Source of the DNA: Azolla caroliniana
Lineage: Eukaryota; Plantae; Polypodiophyta
Length of the DNA stretch: 64,000 bases
Assembly (NCBI GenBank): GCA_043228905.1
Contig: JBHGNT010000003.1
Coordinates: 6,386,001-6,450,000, forward strand
Direction of reading: 5' to 3'
Part shown: positions 53,070 to 64,000 of the stretch, piece after piece
Layout: every line of letters begins with the position of its first letter
How positions within the stretch are numbered: the first letter of the stretch is position 1
Program-made: the position numbers and the translations under genes
The notes under the pieces: generated by a model
What the model was told of the DNA's origin: nothing
Seen by the model: only the letters and a program-made list of their open reading frames with translations
Databases searched by the model: none

Positions 53070-54100
53070 GTATTTTTTTCTCCTTCTCATTTCTCAGCTT
53101 CTTTGGCAGAAATTAGGTTTTCTTCGTAAGCTTCTTTTTCTTTTCTGTCTGTCTATGTGATTCCCTGGTCTTCTGTCTTCTGTCAAGAATTCAAGTCCCT
53201 AGTTGCTTTTCTTGGTCGATTCAGTTTTAGGGTCCAATTTCTTTTCCCCCCTTCTCTTCCTGAATTTCTCTGTTTGCTATTGAAAATTAGGGTCTTGCTA
53301 AGATTTTTAGAAGGCCTAACTCATGACTTCAAGGGAATCTGTATTTTTTTGAAAATCAGGGCTTTCGTCAAGTTATTTGGTCGATTCATTTTCTGCCAGT
53401 ATTAAGAAACTTCCCTTCTGATTTCCTGTTTTTTCAAACCTCGAGCTTGTTTTAAATCTTTAGATGTATTTAGCTTTGTTGTCGGAAGGTATTAGCCCTT
53501 CTGATTCAGTATATTTCTATCTTTTGTCAGAAATTAGGGTTTTGTCAAGCTTTTATGGCTCATCCTGATTCTCTGTCAGTATGTGATTGGTCCATGTTCA
53601 AGGTTTGCGGCAAATTTTTTGGCTCTTTCACGCTCTTGGCTTCCATATTTTAATCTGTTTTGTTATCTGTGGAAAATTAGGGTTTTTATTGAGCTTTTTG
53701 ATGGAGTCAGTCTTTAGGGTTCCCTTCTGGGTCTCTATCATGGTGATATTCAGGGTTTCTATTAAGTTTTGTGGTCGATTTGATTTACAGCTCCTGGGTT
53801 CCCATCTATTCTGTCTTTCAGTCTTCTGTTGGAAAGATTTTTAGTCGATCCACCCTATTGTGTGTGCTTCTGATTTTCTGTTTTTGTGCCTTCGGTTGAG
53901 TTTTATGGTTGTTGACATTGGATCTCTTCTGATTCTGGCTTTGTAATCAATTCATTCTCTTGGGTTCCCTTGTGACTATCTATTCCTATTCCAAAATTAG
54001 GGCTTTGACTAAGCATTTTGTTCAATTTACTTTCCTGGATCTGAGGTAATATCCTATCTGATTCTCTGTATTCTATAAAACATTCATGGCTAATTCACAG
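53070..54100 (+). promoter_or_regulatory. Probable 5'-UTR (leader) intron of the helicase gene, rich in telo-box-like TTAGGG(TTT) motifs
   Basis: AAG|GTATTT donor at 53070, TTCACAG acceptor at 54100 and U-rich composition. About ten ATTAGGGTTT-like motifs occur between 53012 and 54005. Confidence 0.55.
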
Positions 54101-54209
54101 GTGCAATCTACATGAAGCTCTAGAGAGACAACATATTATCTTTCTGACTCTTCATTGAGATCAATCATACAAGCTCACACACAACATCAGGAGAGATATT
54201 TATCAAAGT

Positions 54210-58074
<3,865 letters not shown>

Positions 58075-58426
58075 TTGAGAACTCTTCTAACAGGTAGAAA
58101 TTCTTCTTTATAAAACAATCTGGGCCCTTCTTTTTCTTTTTTTTGGGGATTATTGATCCGTGCTAGAGTAGTTTGTTCATTTTCTTTCATCACATGTTAG
58201 TTGTTCAACAAGAGCGAGTGAGCGAGCATCCACCACCATAATTTTTGGTAAATTTGTATTTTGAAAACAAAGAAAAAGGTTGAGTTATAGTTGTGGCGGA
58301 ACGATGGAAAAAAGATTAGTTTCATACTCTTATTTAACTTTGATAGGAAGCTTATGTTATGAGCTTATTTTTTTTAATGTATATATTGTTTCTTTTTCCC
58401 CTTTTTTTCCTTCGAGATTTCTTAAC

Positions 58427-58970
58427 ACATTGTACAAAAGTGATGTTTCGCTTCATCTCAGAAATAAATTATGTAATTTAGTTGCATGGTTTATGAAAGA
58501 ACACACTAAAAGCACTGCGATACTGAGTTTACTCTGTTTGTCTCTAGTGCCTGTGAAATGCCAGTCTCACGTCGTAATGGTGCGGAAAGAAATCAAGTGA
58601 AATTCACTTTAAAATCTTTTCGCTGTCCACAACATTTAATCGTTCTGTAACTGTTTAATAATCATAAAGGTGATGATGAAGTAAGAATCTGGGTAACTTT
58701 ACATTGTACAACAGTGATGTTTTGCTTCATCTCAGAAATAAATTATGTAATTTAGTTGCATGGTTTATGAAAGAAACACGCTAAAAGCACTGCGATACTG
58801 AGTTTACTCTGTTTGTCTCTAGTGCCTGTGAAATGCCGTCTCACATCGTAATGTTGTGGAAAGAAATCAAGTGAAATTCACTTAAAAATCTCTTCGGTGT
58901 CCACAACATTTAATCATTCTGTAACTGTTTAATAATCATAATGATGATGAAAGAATTTTGGTAACTTTAC
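58427..58970. repeat. Tandem duplication, ~274-bp unit
   Basis: 58427-58700 resembles 58701-58970. Confidence 0.88.
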
Positions 58971-60107
58971 TTTGAAAACTCTTCCACATATCCACAACAA
59001 TCATTCTGTAACTCTTTTCTTCATCTGGCAGAGTTTCTCAACATACAAACGTCCTATCAATGCTTCAAAAAATTCTTGCTGATTGGTGCCTATATGATCT
59101 CTCAGAGTGACATTCCTTGGAAGGAATTGGAGTCTCTTTTTAGATAACTTGCCTCAATTCTTGTTGATCTCAGTTGATGGGAACATAATATTGTTGTGGA
59201 GAAACAGATTTGACTATTTTTAGCATTGGAAATAAATGTTGGCTGAAGTGTAGATTGCAAAACCTGCTCTATGGATGCTTTTATATGTTGTTGGCTGAAG
59301 TGCCCGTGGAAAAGAACTTGTTGGGTGGCAGAAATTGTAGTAGATAAGCTCGAATAAAAGAATGAAAATTGTGCTCAGCCAAACTCTAGTGTTTCGAAAC
59401 AAAAGAGGCATTAAATGTTCTAATTTGGTGGTTTGGCCCAAGTGATTTTGGTGCAGGAGGTGTATATGCTAATGCTGAGGGATGCAAGTCCTTATCATTA
59501 CATTGGCTATGTACCCGGGGCTTTTGTGTGTAAATGAGATGGCATTTTTCAAAGCCTTTGACACTCAATTTGAGACCAGAAAGTGCATTCTGATTGAGTT
59601 GGAATCATGTCCATTCCAAATGAGTTTCATCTCCTCCCTTCTGCATGACGATGCAGCAATGTAACGGATCACTAATTTTTTATTTTTTTTCACTGAGTGA
59701 TGAAAAGAATAAAAAGACGATGATTTGTGGATTCGTGTTTTAGATTAATGTTCACAATATTTCATGGAGAAGAAAACCTTGCTATCTTCTGGCCCAGCCA
59801 AAGTAGAGTTTCTTTATCCACTACCCACTGAAGTAAATGAAAGCATCATACTGAAGGATAGTTGATTTTATAGTAGTACTAACATAAATTCTTATTAGGA
59901 TGATCCATTTTTGTCAATTTTTTTTCCAGCACATGTGCAAACATCAGGATGTTAATTAGACATCAAAATAATGGAAATTGTATCTTATGTTGAAGCTTGA
60001 GAAGTTTTACTAGAGTTACATCGAAGAACAAATATGCAAAAATGTTATATGATTAACTTTCCTTGGATTGTCTCCAATGTCTACAATTAGCTCATAATGG
60101 AGAGTCG

Positions 60108-60471
60108 CCTTAAAGAATAGCCTTTATAGATTTAAGAAAGCTTTTGATACAATTCCAATGATTAAAGTTATGGGAATAAATGGAAAATTTACTACCAACA
60201 TGCAAGGAGGGTCCATATATTGAGGATGGAAGAATATGGCGAGGAACAATTGTGTTTAATCATATAGGCTTTGGATCCATAGGAGAATAACCTTAAAGAA
60301 TAACCTTTATAGATTTAAGAAAGCTTTTGATACAATTCCAATGATTAAAGTTATGGGAAGATATGGAAATTTTACAACCAACATGCAAGGAGTGTACATA
60401 TATTGAGTACGAAGGAATATGGCGAGGAACAATTGTGTTTAATCATATAGGCTTTGGATCCATAGGAGAAT
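60108..60471 (+). repeat. Tandem duplication (~183 bp) containing a LINE RT scrap
   Basis: Two copies of TTTATAGATTTAAGAAAGCTTTTGATACAATTCC (FID.KKAFDTIP-like, frameshifted). Confidence 0.75.
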
Positions 60472-60559
60472 TATCCTCAAGTTAATCACTTTGTAAACCT
60501 AAAGATAAGGCCAAACACGTCGTAGTCAAAGAGAATATTGTATTGCATTGTTTTAGATA

Positions 60560-62580
60560 CCTTTCATAACTCTTTACCCTATCCTTATCTTACGCCCTAC
60601 TCAAGTAAAAGTAGGTTAGTGGCATGGTTGTCATGTTATACTAAAACCAATACAATCATGTTTTTAGATAGTGGAAACCATATTGTTCTTATTGGCAATC
60701 AAGGGTTGCCCCTCACATCTATTTGTAATGCAAACTTATATTTCTTAGAACATACTCCAAAAACATAAAATGTGTATCTATCTCATGACTTGACAAAGAT
60801 GTATGATTTTTTCAAATGATTGTTTCTCTAGATTTTTGCTATGTTCACCATCTTGTTACATAGCTATTATGTAGTTGTAATGTCTAATGACTACTATCTA
60901 GTTTGCCTCCAATGAGGACATAGATTGTATGATGGACTTGTTACCCATTAGCATGCACATGAGTGAACTTGCTTATCCAACTCACAAGCGAGAGAGAAAT
61001 AGGGTAGGTAAAACACAACTTCCAAGTCATTTATCCCAATATTTCATTCCTCCATTTTCTTCTTTGCAAACGACACCCATTTCATTGGTTACTAAAAAGG
61101 GTGGGACGATGATGCACATGTCAATTATCCTATATTAACTCTAGTCATTGGATGATATAAATATTTGGTTCCCTTAAAATCAATAAGTTGTTTTGATAAT
61201 CTCCGAAGCATTCGATTGAAAATCAATCGTTGATTAGCATGCGATCATCTAGTTCATGACATTAAGAACATATCCGCTAGGGCCTAGTCATAGTTTTATA
61301 CAGACTTTGGCCATGATGAGTTTTTTATCATGTAATTTGGTCTTGCTATTTCTCTAGTACATTTATGATGCTTAAGACTAGTGTACCCAAATTGTTCTAG
61401 GGAAGTTTGTCACGTCTTAGAATGATATTCTCATGTATGAGCAACCACATGAGAACATTTAGAGCATCAACGAATGCTTTTGATTTTCTTTGTCTCATGG
61501 TCGAAGCTTTCAAATGTGGATTTATTTAAGAAGAAGATGAGTATCTAGGTCATTTTATGATGGCTACTTGCAATATCCACAAGGATCTACCTTAAGCCTA
61601 GAAAATAATTACTGAGTGGCCATCTTCTCATATGTTGGAATATTTTCAATGTTTCTATGTTTGGCAAGCTATTCATGATAACATTAACGTCACCATCATA
61701 TGATTAACTAGTTGAAGAACGATGATCATTCTTTGTTTTGAGGTTATTCACGAACCATAACAAGGGAATCGGTAGTTTTCAACAAGTTTCATAATACTTA
61801 CAATGACATTTTGTCATAGCGCAGAACCATTGACATTAATTAAAGTTGTAAAATGAAATAAAATAGAAGTGTCGAAAACTCTTGTGCATATAAATTTAGA
61901 TAAGCTAGAACTTTTGCAATAATGCTTGAATTTTAGGCGCTTTTGTAATAATGCTAAACATTTTCGGCAATGTAATGCATTAGAAAAATGATAATTATGT
62001 GTCACATGTTTTATATGTAACAAGTACTCATTTCACCATTTCTTTCGTCACTTCATATAGGACCCTCATATCTTGACCAAATGTGCCATTTCCTTCATGA
62101 GTATCATAGGTCAAGCATAAACTATCTTGGGAATTGTGATACATATAAGTTATAAGTTATAACATACGCCCATTTGCACAAAAGGTTTTAATGGGCCACA
62201 CTTGTACAAAGATATACCTAGATGACTTATTTGTAAAGGTAATATTGAAGTTTACCACTTACTGCTTTGACAGTTGTTAGTTGTCCTAATGCCAAGTAAA
62301 AAACATTCAATAGATCATTCCATTATTGGTTTATTATGTTCGTAACTTGCATTTGGAATAACCTTGTTGACATACAATGGATAAAGTTATTGAAACGACT
62401 ATAGTTACTATCTCAAAAGTACAACCACAACTTGTAGTTAGCATTGTAAATAGGACACACTTGGGAGAAAAGGTGATTGGATAAACTAGTATGAACCCTT
62501 CAACCTTAACCATATAAGGAGACAATCTAGGGGTTGATGAGATAACTCTTGCATTGTTGTATCATAGATTTGTTGCCATT
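60560..62580 (+). mobile_element. Highly degenerate Ty3/Gypsy pol relic
   Basis: Traces in the expected order: FLDSG (~60661), TPISLVTKKGG (~61072) and YLGH (~61543), with no intact frame. Confidence 0.5.
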
Positions 62581-63519
62581 CTCAATGTTTGTTCTCTCTC
62601 TCTCTCTCTCTCCCCTTAATATGGGTGAACAATCCAAGACAACAAAGAGGACAAGGAGGGGTGACATGTTTGATTAAGGGGGAACTAGAGAAAGATGTGT
62701 TGATCATAAAAAATAATGAACATATTTATGGCTTAAAATAGAGACATTGTTGTCTCTGTTGACTGACACAAACGGTCGAACAACTTAATCACTAAGTTGT
62801 CCTATCAAAATATTGTGGTTGGAGATGGAATGCTTGTTGACTATGATAATCACTTAATCATTACACATATATTAATTACTCAAACTTCATTAATGCAAGT
62901 ATGAATTATGAACTTGATCGACTGATAACGATAGATATATAATCTGCGTAAAAGAGAAACAAAACATCCGACACAACATATACTCTAACGACCAAAATTA
63001 TTACTAATCAAATCATACTGATAATGATACAACCCTCTCGACCCATTTTTATAGGCTACCAAAGAGACTTTTCCAAGATAGTACACTTCCAAGATAGTAC
63101 ACTTGCCTATTCGGTAAGAACCTATGGTTACCTTAACTATTCTATTTCCTTGGCCAAAAATACAATTCGACTACTATCCTTCCACACTCGTCCGACTCTG
63201 ACTCCGACTCCGACTCCCCTTGTCGACCTTTACAGTTCAGGTAGCCAACCAGCCAATGAGGCTTGTAGGTTAGTTACATAACCTTCTAACAACCTACACC
63301 CACTTTACCGTATTTGCGCACACACAAACAAATGTGCATGTGTTTACACATATCAATATACTCACACTTACTCATGTGCACATTTGCACATACCCTTACA
63401 ACATGACTTTTAACACAAAGACTTTACACTTATCTATCCACGTACCACCACTTCTCCACTCATACACTTACAATCCCATGGATAACAGACCCGAGACATC
63501 AAATGATATGATCACTTTT

Positions 63520-64000
63520 GGTTAGATGTTACATTCCTCACCAAGATTCTAATTCTTAATATGCACGTTTGGATAATAGCAGCTCTTTGACGATCTAGAA
63601 GATAATATGCTTATTTCAAAGCCAACGGGGAAGTTAATATCTTTGGTGACATGAATGCTTGTATAAGAAGTTTGTCACTTTATGCACAACAATATTTCAT
63701 ACCACATATCTCAAGGATGCGAGAGGATATATACAAATGTATAATCGCTCTTCTATTTATGAAAAAGATCTGGGGCAATTTGGGAAGTTATTCCGACAAA
63801 TATGCAACAGTACTAGAATGTCTATTGCAAAGTGTCTTATGGCCCAACTCTAATGGTTATACATGTAGGAAATCCAACGAAAATAATGCGATTGACTATG
63901 AGATACTTTTGGATTGCATACACAAATTCTCACATGGTGAATGGACACAAGAACCTGGTCATAGGACGTTATGTATTGACCTCAAATGTATGAAAAGGTT
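63520..64000 (+). mobile_element. Possible LINE APE-endonuclease relic
   Basis: GEVNIFGDMNA (GDFNA-like, ~63627-63659) and AIDY (~63888). Weak. Confidence 0.3.

Overview
Eukaryotic land-plant nuclear DNA with GT-AG introns, PLS-class PPR remnants and plant tRNA/PBS signatures. A seed-free plant such as a fern is plausible but not provable from the sequence. Positions 1-13.2 kb are a three-layer retrotransposon nest next to a decayed tandem tRNA-Asn array. The oldest layer is a truncated Ty3/Gypsy copy on the minus strand. Into it inserted (i) a young 3.5-kb Gag-only LTR element with a tRNA-Trp PBS, a 4-bp TSD and tRNA-like Pol III A/B boxes in both LTRs, and (ii) a young 7.0-kb chromovirus of the same family, in the opposite orientation, with TG...TA LTR ends. 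Three intact spliced host genes follow: an ABCC/MRP transporter apparently lacking TMD0 (20762-28301, +), a signal-peptide/coiled-coil/C-terminal-TM plant protein (31320-38274, -) and a Ded1/DDX3-type DEAD-box helicase (54210-58074, +). Each gene has a large simple or compound microsatellite array upstream. The rest is hAT and Mutator MITEs, local tandem duplications, and degenerate Copia, Gypsy, LINE and PPR relics. All calls were made by eye; no searches were run.
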